From assembly GCA_021399395.1 (NCBI GenBank), contig JAAFKJ010000139.1:1-17073 (forward strand): 17,073 bases of DNA, written 5' to 3'. Both the position numbers and the translations under genes were made by a program. Position 1 is the first letter of the stretch. The number at the start of each line of letters is the position of its first letter. The stretch is from Candidatus Heimdallarchaeota archaeon. GTDB taxonomy: Archaea > Asgardarchaeota > Heimdallarchaeia > Heimdallarchaeales > Heimdallarchaeaceae. Below the pieces are notes generated by a model, which was not told where the DNA came from, did not search any database, and saw nothing but the letters and a program-made list of their open reading frames with translations. This document shows, in pieces, positions 1 through 8,180 of the stretch.

Positions 1-82
1 AATGCTTCCAGAAAATCAACAAATAGCAATATTTTATAATGCTTCCAGAAAATCAACAAATAGCAATATTTTATAATGCTTC
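1..82. repeat. Perfect 37-bp tandem repeat (2 full copies plus an 8-nt partial)
   Basis: AATGCTTCCAGAAAATCAACAAATAGCAATATTTTAT at 1-37 and 38-74, then AATGCTTC at 75-82. No spacers. May continue beyond the window edge. Confidence 0.95.
69..76 (+). promoter_or_regulatory. Putative archaeal TATA box for ORF 101..820
   Basis: TTTTATAA starting 32 nt upstream of ATG 101. A duplicate lies at 32-39 because of the tandem repeat. Confidence 0.55.
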
Positions 83-100
83 TGTCCAGATTAAGTTATA

Positions 101-820
101 ATGAAGAAAGACCCCATGATAATAGGTGTAGCATCTGTTCTTGTTATTGCCTTTACTCTATCTCTACTTAACATCTATGTTTTCCCAGATATTTTCTTCA
201 ATGTGAATGTTTACCGTAACACAGATAACGAGTTTAAAATGGGGTTATTACAAATTGCTGAAGAAGTTGACTTCGATTCAGATATTTTTGCGGGAATCAA
301 TTTCACTAGTATAATTGTTGAAAGCCCTGAGAATGCCATAATTGACATATCTCGGATGATAGAACTAGCTCAAGAAAAGAAATCGGCAGCGTTTGATAAT
401 CAAGAGGAGATTATGCCGCGGAGAATCAAGTTGAAATACAATGGCACAATTGTTGGTGTTGGAAACGATTCCCTACCTTATGAAGATTGGATAGAAAACG
501 TCTTTGATGACGGTGGGCTAGGAACTTATCTAGCATTCAAGAATCCAGCATCGAATTTTGAAGTTTATTCGAATTTTACTATTCAAGATGTTGACTCCTA
601 CACAATAGAGGATGCAATCAATGCGCTTCAAGACATATTTACAAATCCATCAATCTTACCTGATTATGTTATCTATCAATCAGTGGAGTATACTGAAAGC
701 AGAGGGCTTTTTAATGAGTACTCAACTGAATTTGAAAGGATCATTTTCATAGATACTTTTGGTGAAATAGTATTCTTCCTAACTACTGAAGGAGATTGGA
801 CAACTCCATTACTCTACTAG
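101..820 (+). CDS. Hypothetical membrane-anchored acidic protein (single N-terminal TM or signal anchor)
   Basis: 239-aa ORF. MKK followed by hydrophobic IIGVASVLVIAFTLSLLNIYVF, then an acidic soluble domain. TATA box upstream and T-rich tract downstream. No family recognised. Confidence 0.8.
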   Translation: MKKDPMIIGVASVLVIAFTLSLLNIYVFPDIFFNVNVYRNTDNEFKMGLLQIAEEVDFDSDIFAGINFTSIIVESPENAIIDISRMIELAQEKKSAAFDNQEEIMPRRIKLKYNGTIVGVGNDSLPYEDWIENVFDDGGLGTYLAFKNPASNFEVYSNFTIQDVDSYTIEDAINALQDIFTNPSILPDYVIYQSVEYTESRGLFNEYSTEFERIIFIDTFGEIVFFLTTEGDWTTPLLY

Positions 821-821
821 G

Positions 822-844
822 CTTTTACCTTCCCTTTCCTTTTT
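822..844 (+). terminator. Pyrimidine/oligo-T tract, putative archaeal terminator
   Basis: cttttaccttccctttccttttt directly after the TAG at 820. Confidence 0.45.
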
Positions 845-850
845 CATAAC

Positions 851-858
851 TTTTAAAA
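851..858 (+). promoter_or_regulatory. Putative TATA box (leaderless or short-leader transcript)
   Basis: TTTTAAAA starting 30 nt upstream of ATG 881. Confidence 0.55.
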
Positions 859-880
859 CATTATCACATATTTAGTATAT

Positions 881-1381
881 ATGGCACAACAAGCACCATT
901 TGGTTTCAAAGTAACCCAGAAGATTTTTACATTTAGAGCTACATATGATATAATTGACGAAGCAACAGGTCAACAAATATTCGTTGCAAAGCGACAGATT
1001 TTTGCTTTAACACCTACACTTTGGATTGAAGATATGAATGGAAACGAAGTCATCCGAATCAAATCAAATTTTCTCTTCAAGAATAGATGGAAGATTACAC
1101 AAGGAGATCAATTAATTGGAGAAGTAGAATTTCCAATTATCAGAATCTGTGGAATCAAATTTGATGTTCTTCTTGCAGGACAAAATTATACAGCTTCAGA
1201 CTTACTTGGCTGGTCATTTAATGCAAGAGATCCTTCAGGGAACATAGGTTTCACTCTAGATAAGAAGGTCTTTAGAATTAAGGACACTTACAAAGTAACA
1301 GTCTATCCACCATTAGAACCACTATTTGGATTAGCTGCGGCTTTAACAATTGATTCAAAATTCTATCAAGGAAATAGATAG
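881..1381 (+). CDS. LURP-one-related / scramblase-like (Tubby C-terminal fold) protein
   Basis: 166 aa. Pattern F-K-V-T-Q-K-I-F-T-F-R-A-T-Y-D-I-I-D, repeated beta-hairpins, KKVFRIKDTY-K-V and a C-terminal hydrophobic helix ending LAAALTID, all typical of LOR/YxjI-like proteins. Confidence 0.8.
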   Translation: MAQQAPFGFKVTQKIFTFRATYDIIDEATGQQIFVAKRQIFALTPTLWIEDMNGNEVIRIKSNFLFKNRWKITQGDQLIGEVEFPIIRICGIKFDVLLAGQNYTASDLLGWSFNARDPSGNIGFTLDKKVFRIKDTYKVTVYPPLEPLFGLAAALTIDSKFYQGNR

Positions 1382-1384
1382 AAT

Positions 1385-1408
1385 CTTTCCTTTTTTATTT
1401 CTTTTTTG
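1385..1408 (+). terminator. Oligo-T tract, putative terminator
   Basis: ctttccttttttatttctttttt after the stop at 1381. Confidence 0.5.
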
Positions 1409-1425
1409 AACTATCTTTGAAAGAC

Positions 1426-1433
1426 TTTTAAAT
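1426..1433 (+). promoter_or_regulatory. Putative TATA box
   Basis: TTTTAAAT starting 29 nt upstream of ATG 1455. Confidence 0.55.
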
Positions 1434-1454
1434 GCCAAGTAAAATCATTCTTCA

Positions 1455-2327
1455 ATGAAGCAAGAAATTCAGGAAGAAATGGAACGATTCAGGGTTTCAG
1501 AATTCGAGAAAATTGCTGAATCTATACAAATTCCTATGTCTGATGGTGCAACTATTAGAGTCTTTAAGTTTACTCCTTCAAAAAAAGATTTCAACGGATA
1601 TTCTTTAGTTCTGAGTGTAGGTTGGGGTACCGTTGTTCCTGCATGGGATGCACTTCTTATGGATGCTGCAAAAGACTTTGAAGTCGTCTATGTTGAATCT
1701 AGAGAAAAAGGTTCGAGTGATGTACCAAAAACTGCTGATCTGGGCTTAGAGAGAATGGCAAAGGATTTGCATGAAGCGATTAAATTTCTAAAAATCGAAG
1801 ATAATAAGCTGATTCTTCTAGGTTCATGTATTGGTGCTACAATGGTGATATTGGGCATGCACAAAAACATGTATAATCCCTTCATGCCAGTTTTGATTGC
1901 ACCTCCTGCACGATTTGAACTTCCTCCTGGACTTCGTTATTTAATTCCTTTCAGTCCTACATTCCTCTGGAAACCTGCTCAACCAGTATTAAGATGGTGG
2001 GTTATAAAGTCTAAATCTGAAGATGCTAGACAAGCAGCAAAATATCTTAGAACCCTCGAAGAAGCTGATGTCAAGAAATGGAAAAAACAAGGTTTAAGAT
2101 TAGCTTACAAAAGATATTGGTGGCTTTTTCCACTGGTAAAGAATCATGTTCTGTTAATTGCTGCAGAAACTGATAAAATGCATGATGCCAAAGTTACCAA
2201 GAAAGTTGAGGGATTAATGGAAAATACAACTTATGTTAACATGGGATCGAACAAAAACACACATGCACCTTTAATGTCAGAAAAAATTCGAGAATTCATT
2301 CCACAATTCGTAGGAAAAAATCATTAA
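1455..2327 (+). CDS. Alpha/beta-fold hydrolase
   Basis: IPMSDGATIRV N-terminal strand, oxyanion region SVGWG, YVESREKGSS (variant of D-x-R-G-x-G-x-S), nucleophile elbow GSCIG, acid in AAETDKMH, His in NKNTH. Confidence 0.85.
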   Translation: MKQEIQEEMERFRVSEFEKIAESIQIPMSDGATIRVFKFTPSKKDFNGYSLVLSVGWGTVVPAWDALLMDAAKDFEVVYVESREKGSSDVPKTADLGLERMAKDLHEAIKFLKIEDNKLILLGSCIGATMVILGMHKNMYNPFMPVLIAPPARFELPPGLRYLIPFSPTFLWKPAQPVLRWWVIKSKSEDARQAAKYLRTLEEADVKKWKKQGLRLAYKRYWWLFPLVKNHVLLIAAETDKMHDAKVTKKVEGLMENTTYVNMGSNKNTHAPLMSEKIREFIPQFVGKNH

Positions 2328-2338
2328 ACGCGTCAACA

Positions 2339-2345
2339 TTTAAAA
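2339..2345 (+). promoter_or_regulatory. Putative TATA box for mtnA
   Basis: TTTAAAA starting 29 nt upstream of GTG 2368. Confidence 0.55.
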
Positions 2346-2367
2346 GTCTCATATCACTCATTTTCTT

Positions 2368-3429
2368 GTGAAGATCAAAGAGTTAGGTTTAGAAGAAGTA
2401 AGGTCAGTTGATTGGAATTATGATAAAGAATGTATTCAGCTTATAGATCAACGTTTAATTCCTTTTGATTTCCAGATTAATGATTATATTACTGTAACAG
2501 AATTATGTAAAGCTATCAAAACAATGGTGGTGAGAGGTGCTCCTGCAATTGGTTCAGCAGCAGCTTATGGTATAGCATTAGCAGTTAAAGAAATTGAGAA
2601 CGTAGAGAGTTGTAATAAGAAAGAAGAACTTGAAAAGAAGATGGACCTATTATTGGCAACCAGACCCACAGCAGTTGATCTAGCTAACTTCGTGTTCAAA
2701 ACCTACACCGTAGCGATCGAAAGTAATTATTCTTTTGAAGAAACACTCCTCCAAGCTACAAGATTAACAACTCAGATGATAGAAGAATGCAAATTAATAG
2801 GAACAAATGGTTTAGAGATTATTGAAGAGGGAGATACAATTCTAACTCATTGTAATGCTGGACCATTAGCAACAGTTGATCATGGAACAGCTTTAGCACC
2901 TATTATTCAAGCTCATCGTAATGGAATTGAAGTCAAAGTTTTTGTTGACGAGACTAGACCAAGATTGCAAGGGGCAAGAATTACAGCTTGGGAGCTTGAA
3001 CAAGAAGGAATTGAACATGAAATTATAGCTGATTCAGTTGCAGCTTTTCTAATGTCTGAAGAAAAAATTAACAAAGTAATTTTGGGTGCAGATAGATGTT
3101 TGCTTGATGGAACAGTATCTAATAAAATAGGCACGTATTCGATAGCTGTTAATGCGAAATATCATGATGTTCCTTTCTATTCTTCCTTCCCTTGGTCAAC
3201 AATTGATCAAGAATCCAATACAGCTGAAGATTTCAAGATTGAACTTAGACCGGAAGAAGAAGTTAAGTACATCAAGAATAAAGAAGGCGAAGTTCTGATT
3301 GCAAATCCGAAATCAAAGGCTTTTAACCCAGCATTTGACATAACTCCACCAAAATTAATTACAGGATATATAACTGCCAAAGGTGTACTTACAACACAAG
3401 AGCTTGTTCAAAAAATAAAAGAAAAATAG
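2368..3429 (+). CDS. mtnA: S-methyl-5-thioribose-1-phosphate isomerase (eIF-2B alpha/beta/delta family)
   Basis: Diagnostic motifs LIDQR, MVVRGAPAIG, RPTAVDL, LTHCNAG-x-LAT, ETRPRLQGARITAWEL, GADR, NKIGTY, NPAFDITP. GTG start. Confidence 0.95.
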   Translation: MKIKELGLEEVRSVDWNYDKECIQLIDQRLIPFDFQINDYITVTELCKAIKTMVVRGAPAIGSAAAYGIALAVKEIENVESCNKKEELEKKMDLLLATRPTAVDLANFVFKTYTVAIESNYSFEETLLQATRLTTQMIEECKLIGTNGLEIIEEGDTILTHCNAGPLATVDHGTALAPIIQAHRNGIEVKVFVDETRPRLQGARITAWELEQEGIEHEIIADSVAAFLMSEEKINKVILGADRCLLDGTVSNKIGTYSIAVNAKYHDVPFYSSFPWSTIDQESNTAEDFKIELRPEEEVKYIKNKEGEVLIANPKSKAFNPAFDITPPKLITGYITAKGVLTTQELVQKIKEK

Positions 3430-3438
3430 TAAGAAGAT

Positions 3439-5316
3439 TTATCTTCTCTTTCTATAAATAATAACTATTGATACAAAACTTAGTATTCCAAGAATGGAGT
3501 ATATTAATCCTGAAGAATCGAGTGTCAAAGTATTCGAATTAGAATTAGATTCTGAAGGTTCTTCTGTAGGATTAGTTGGTTCTGGTGTTGTTACAATTAC
3601 TTCATTAATGGTTACAGTAACTGATTCACTATTAGAATTACTAAAAGCATCAAAGACTATAATCTCAAATGTCCAAACTCCATCTTCAAAGTCTTTGAGT
3701 AGAACAAGAATGTCTTTAGAGTTTTCAGTCCATGCACCACTATCATATGTGGCACCATTGACTTTAATTTCATAACTCATAGGATTTTCATCATAAATAG
3801 ACCAAATGAGCTTGATATCTTCTCCTTCATTCATTGTAAAGTCAGATGTCGATCCAGTAATTGTTGGTGGTGTTGCATCAACAGATGGTTCTGAAGCATG
3901 TATAGTCAAATATAAATCAGTATAGTATGCATTATAATCAGCAGCAAAGACCTGAATAATATGGTCGCCTGCATAAGTGATATTTTCACTTAAGTCTAGA
4001 TATAACAGTGTTCCATTTGTCCAAAGTCCAGAACGATTATCCAACATCCCATTGATTCTTAACTCGTAGTAATTGCCATTATCATAGTAGTCATTGAATT
4101 CCCATTGAAGTATTTCATAATCACCAATTGTATACCAATACTCGCCAACTGGACCAGTTATTACAGGCCAGTCAAGTCGGATATCTTGTATGTCTAATGT
4201 CCAAGTTGTGTTATGTTCGAAGCTTGCGTCATCATATACATTGAATGTTACTGTATGATTATCTTCACTGATTGGTATACCAGCTGTGTAAAGATTATAG
4301 TAATTTGATCCTGGAGCCATACTGTATATAGTATCTATTACAGTTCCGTCCAGTAAAACATCAACGGTCATAGATGGCCATTTGTTTACTAAATCAAAAT
4401 AGATTGTCAGATAATCGGTATCACCGCGAATATCATAATCATATCCCATGTCTAATAACAAAGCAGGTAAATCTGCATCTGGGACTGGTGAGTAAGCTGC
4501 GGTTGTTTCATAGAGTTGGCATTCGTAGTAATATCCATATGTGTGATTGAAGAAGTAATCAACAAAAATTCCAAGTGTAGGACTGTTTTTATGATCAATA
4601 AGTCTATAATAATTATCATAATACAATGTTGTATATTCTAATAGAAATCCAGTGTCACTATCGACATAGAAAACATCTTCCCAACCAAATGGATTAGTTT
4701 CATCGAAATTGATACCTTCATAGGTATATGCGGTTGTATTTTCATCAGCATATACATCCATGTATACATCTACATTGCAAGAAGTATTTGCGCCGTTAAT
4801 CACATAGTATTTAACCTCAGAATGATCATAAACACCATAGGAAAACCAATCTGTAACATCTAGGTTGAGTGTGCCATTATAAACATCAAAATCCTTTACT
4901 TCAAAGCTACTCAATGTGAATGGTTCATAATCATAGTATGAATTATTGAGAACCCAAGATTGGTCAAGATAATCATAGTAATAGTCCTCTTGATATTGAT
5001 TATTGTATCTATCATAAATTGTCCACGCGTAATTCACATTACCTGTAGTAGTATCTATTGTATTGACTGAGTAACTTTCCATCTCATCGTAAGTATAATC
5101 CCAGTGATCAATTACCCACCATGAGTCTGCGACATCAATTTCATGTAAGAGTTGTTGTTCCAAATCTTCATAAAATGTGAACACATTTTTGTACAATAGT
5201 TGATCTCCGGTTGCCAGTGCTTGATAGCTAGTAGCTGCTTCTATTGGCGTAAATCCAACAACGAAGCTAGAGACAACTAAAATTGTTAATATTATTGTTG
5301 TTTGACCCCTTTTCAA
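3439..5316 (-). CDS. Large secreted Tyr/Asp-rich cell-surface protein with Ig-like repeats, Thr/Pro/Ser linker and C-terminal TM anchor
   Basis: TTG start with AAGGGGA SD-like element. Signal peptide MKRGQTTIILTILVVSSFVVG. Two C-terminal repeats P-x-I-T-G...W...D...YE-x-x-x-NG...SG-x-W. Tail TTPEPTNPTEEPSES-NTLTLD-TM-RKRR. Confidence 0.85.
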   Translation of the reverse strand: MKRGQTTIILTILVVSSFVVGFTPIEAATSYQALATGDQLLYKNVFTFYEDLEQQLLHEIDVADSWWVIDHWDYTYDEMESYSVNTIDTTTGNVNYAWTIYDRYNNQYQEDYYYDYLDQSWVLNNSYYDYEPFTLSSFEVKDFDVYNGTLNLDVTDWFSYGVYDHSEVKYYVINGANTSCNVDVYMDVYADENTTAYTYEGINFDETNPFGWEDVFYVDSDTGFLLEYTTLYYDNYYRLIDHKNSPTLGIFVDYFFNHTYGYYYECQLYETTAAYSPVPDADLPALLLDMGYDYDIRGDTDYLTIYFDLVNKWPSMTVDVLLDGTVIDTIYSMAPGSNYYNLYTAGIPISEDNHTVTFNVYDDASFEHNTTWTLDIQDIRLDWPVITGPVGEYWYTIGDYEILQWEFNDYYDNGNYYELRINGMLDNRSGLWTNGTLLYLDLSENITYAGDHIIQVFAADYNAYYTDLYLTIHASEPSVDATPPTITGSTSDFTMNEGEDIKLIWSIYDENPMSYEIKVNGATYDSGAWTENSKDILVLLKDFEDGVWTFEIIVFDAFSNSNSESVTVTINEVIVTTPEPTNPTEEPSESNSNSNTLTLDSSGLIYSILGILSFVSIVIIYRKRR

Positions 5317-5425
5317 GGTAAAATCCCCTTATTACTATTAAAGCTAATTTTCCTTTTTAAACAAAGTGGTAGTCTAATCAGCGAAAGAATATCATTGAAA
5401 TAAAATAAAGAAAAAAGAAGGGAGT

Positions 5426-7011
5426 TTATTTTCTTCTTCTGATTAAAACAGTAAGTGCTACGAAACCTAAGACACCCAAGATTGCAAAGAGCATATTTGG
5501 TGCGTCTAAAGTTACTGTATTAGAACCATCGGTTTCTGTTGGATCTGTCCCTGTTGGATCAGTAGAATTAGTTGGAACTGTGTCATCTTCAGCATGAATC
5601 ATCACATACAAGTATGTTTCATACCCGTCCAAATCTGTAGCTTTGATTTTAAGTTCAAAATCTCCTTCTACAAAGATATAGTCATGAGGATTGAAAGTAA
5701 CATAATCATCAACTGCCCAAGTACCAGAGTCAACTACTAAACCGTTGAATTTAACCTCATAATAATCTGGGTTATAGTTAATATCTTTCAGTTGCCAATA
5801 CTGAGTATCAGTTTCACCCAATTTGTATTCAATATAAGTTGGACCATTTATCGTTGGATAGTTTGGTCTTTCATCATTCATATGCAAATTGTAGATAGCA
5901 GTGTGTCCGAGACTGGAATCATCTGTAACAACAAATGTCATCTTAGGACTATTGTATGGATCTATTGGTAAGTCCTTTACAAACAAGTCGTAACTCATAT
6001 AACCTGGAGATACTCCAAATAATGACTCTACATAAATGTCGTTTAGATAAACATCAATAGTACAAGTGCTGAAAGAATCATATAACCAGAAATATACTGT
6101 TAGGTACTCAAGTCCCATTGTCATTGTATAATCATAATACCAATCCCACTCTATACCTGGTAAATCAGCATCGGAAATTCCGCCAAATCCAGCTGTAGTC
6201 TCCTGTAAAAGCCAGTTATAATGGCTTGAAGAAGAGTAACTGTATTCATGGGCAACATTACAATAAATTCCTTCATAATCAGCATAAGCATCAAAGAACT
6301 CGTAACTATTTGAAGAATAGGTATAATCGTATTCAAGTAGAAATCCTGTAGCTTTGTCTATGTAGAAATAGTGATCTTCGTAGTTTTCATAACTGTAGTC
6401 ATAAGAAATATTGTACATTGATGTTGGACTCAAACCTGAGCTAGCATAATGTAAGGAATAAACAGCTACATCATAGGTACTAAACATACCATTGATTGTA
6501 TATCCCCTGACTTCATCAAATTGGTACATCGCACCACCGAAGTAGTAAGGAATATCACAATTTAAAGTCATATTGTAATCATTGTATGAAGCATACCAAG
6601 AATTAGCACCTATCCACAAGTAGTTGTCTGACCAACCACCAGAATAGGCCCAATTTTCTAGTATGTAATCCCAGTAGTCTCCTTTATCATTTCGGTAGGT
6701 ATCAAAATAGGTAGCGACTCTCTGACCATCGGTATATGAACCATAGTCATTTTGTACTGTATAGCTGTGGAACTCATCTACTTCTTGTTCATAATGCCAA
6801 ACATCTTTATGAGAATAATAACTTGGCAATTCATTTTCAAAAATATAGTAGTTAGATTCATCCGAGTAATAAACCACGTCTGCATAGTACAGAAGTTGAT
6901 CTCCTGGATTCAAGTGCTGATAGGCACTTACTGTGCTTACGTTTAATAAACCCCCAATTAACATGCTAGAACTATATTTAAAGTTATAACGTATCCAATA
7001 CCCTTTTTCAT
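5426..7011 (-). CDS. Paralog of 3439..5316 (one Ig-like repeat fewer). Probable true start is ATG 7011, with a 1-nt frameshift in the signal peptide; the intact ORF portion is 5426..6964
   Basis: Colinear motifs with its neighbour: GDQLLY, TGFLLEY, ETTA, DADLP, YLT-x-YF, P-x-I-x-GP, NT-x-TLD-TM-RRRK. ATG 7011 encodes MKKGIGYVITLNIV and lies 47 nt upstream of 6964, out of frame. Confidence 0.8.
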
Positions 7012-7048
7012 GGTTGAAAACCCTTAATAGATTCTATGTGTGTTTAAT

Positions 7049-7056
7049 TATATAAA
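7049..7056 (-). promoter_or_regulatory. Putative TATA box for the frameshifted surface-protein gene
   Basis: TTG-TTTATATA with the box starting 45 nt upstream of ATG 7011. The paralog has TTG-TTTAAAAA starting 45 nt upstream of TTG 5316 (5361-5354). Confidence 0.6.
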
Positions 7057-7127
7057 CAATATCTTGTCGGAAAGTAAGAAGGGAACTAAATCTGGTATAC
7101 AAAAAATGAAAATAGAAGAAGAGAAAT

Positions 7128-8060
7128 TTATCTCTTCTTACGGAAATAATAAGCAACCAAACCTATTACAGCTATACCTACAATTACTGATACTGTTGGG
7201 AATGGTGCAACAACTGTATTTAGCGTACAAGGAATGAACTTCCATGTTCCTTGGTCAAAGAATTCTTCAATCTTAATTAAGAATCCAGTAGCAGCTTCAT
7301 AGTATGCATGAACTTCATAAGCATCTCCCCATTGATTGAAAAGTCCTGTTTCATAATATTCAACTTTAATGGAGTCATAGGCTTGATCGTCACAAGCCAT
7401 AACAGCTGGAGTTCCAATAACTATACCTAGATTGGGATCATAACTTATATCATCTCCTACAACAGCAGTTGGAGATATTGCAAAGATAGTGAATTTATGC
7501 CAGAATAAGAAATCTTTAGATAAATCACTAAATTGTTCTAGTAGAATATACATAGGATCAGCATGTTCTATTGCACCTGCTAAAGCTGTAGTACCGTTAG
7601 CAAAGGTTATTTTTCTATTGTCAGGTTTTATCATCCCTTCATATGTTGTCTCATGTAAAACTGTCATCTCGATCGTTTCAAAGGCATCTTCAACAAAATA
7701 TTCTGTTAGCATAATTGTACTTCTATTTATATTGAACACTAAGAATTTCAATCGAATATAAGTAGGGTTAGCAAGAAATCCAAAGTTATAAGGATCTACT
7801 GGACGTATCTGTACCTCAAATTCTATCAGTTTATCAGTGATATCGGTCGGAGTAAAAAGTCTTGTAACAGTAATAGTAACCTTGGCTATTAATTTATCAG
7901 CTGCTGCTGCAGTATCTAGAAGCAATTCACCTTCTACGTAACTAGTAGCACCCACCTCAAGCACATCCGAGGCAAGAATAGCGTTGGAAACATCAGAAAT
8001 TAAAACTGAAGTTATTAGGATTCCAAGAGCGAATATAAAAGTTAATTTTATCTTTTTCAT
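7128..8060 (-). CDS. Secreted surface protein with C-terminal TM plus basic tail
   Basis: Signal peptide MKKIKLTFIFALGILITSVLISDVSNA. Motifs FTPTDI, ADP-x-Y, F-x-ISP-x-A-x-V-x-DD, YEAATGFLIK. Ends APFP-TM-RKKR. Confidence 0.85.
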   Translation of the reverse strand: MKKIKLTFIFALGILITSVLISDVSNAILASDVLEVGATSYVEGELLLDTAAAADKLIAKVTITVTRLFTPTDITDKLIEFEVQIRPVDPYNFGFLANPTYIRLKFLVFNINRSTIMLTEYFVEDAFETIEMTVLHETTYEGMIKPDNRKITFANGTTALAGAIEHADPMYILLEQFSDLSKDFLFWHKFTIFAISPTAVVGDDISYDPNLGIVIGTPAVMACDDQAYDSIKVEYYETGLFNQWGDAYEVHAYYEAATGFLIKIEEFFDQGTWKFIPCTLNTVVAPFPTVSVIVGIAVIGLVAYYFRKKR

Positions 8061-8102
8061 GGTATCTATACATTATGAGATACTGATTAAAGAGTTTTAT
8101 GC
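8061..8102 (-). promoter_or_regulatory. Promoter region conserved with 9150..9191
   Basis: Minus strand GCATAAAACTCTTTAATCAGTATCTCATAATGTATAGATACC-ATG. BRE/TATA-like element around -40 to -25. Confidence 0.55.
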
Positions 8103-8180
8103 TCAAAAAACTGAAGTTTTCAAATCAAAAATATCTCAAAGTGATAAAGAAAAAAATATAAAATTAGAAGGAGTTTCTAT

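Noticed and set aside
1-82. CRISPR array (37-bp repeat length)
   Set aside because: Units are directly adjacent with no spacers, and there are no cas genes in the window.
2368-3429. Eukaryote-like translation factor eIF-2B subunit or ribose-1,5-bisphosphate isomerase
   Set aside because: MVVRGAPAIG, HCNAG-x-LAT and ETRP-x-LQGAR-x-TAWEL are MtnA-type motifs, so this is an ordinary methionine-salvage enzyme.
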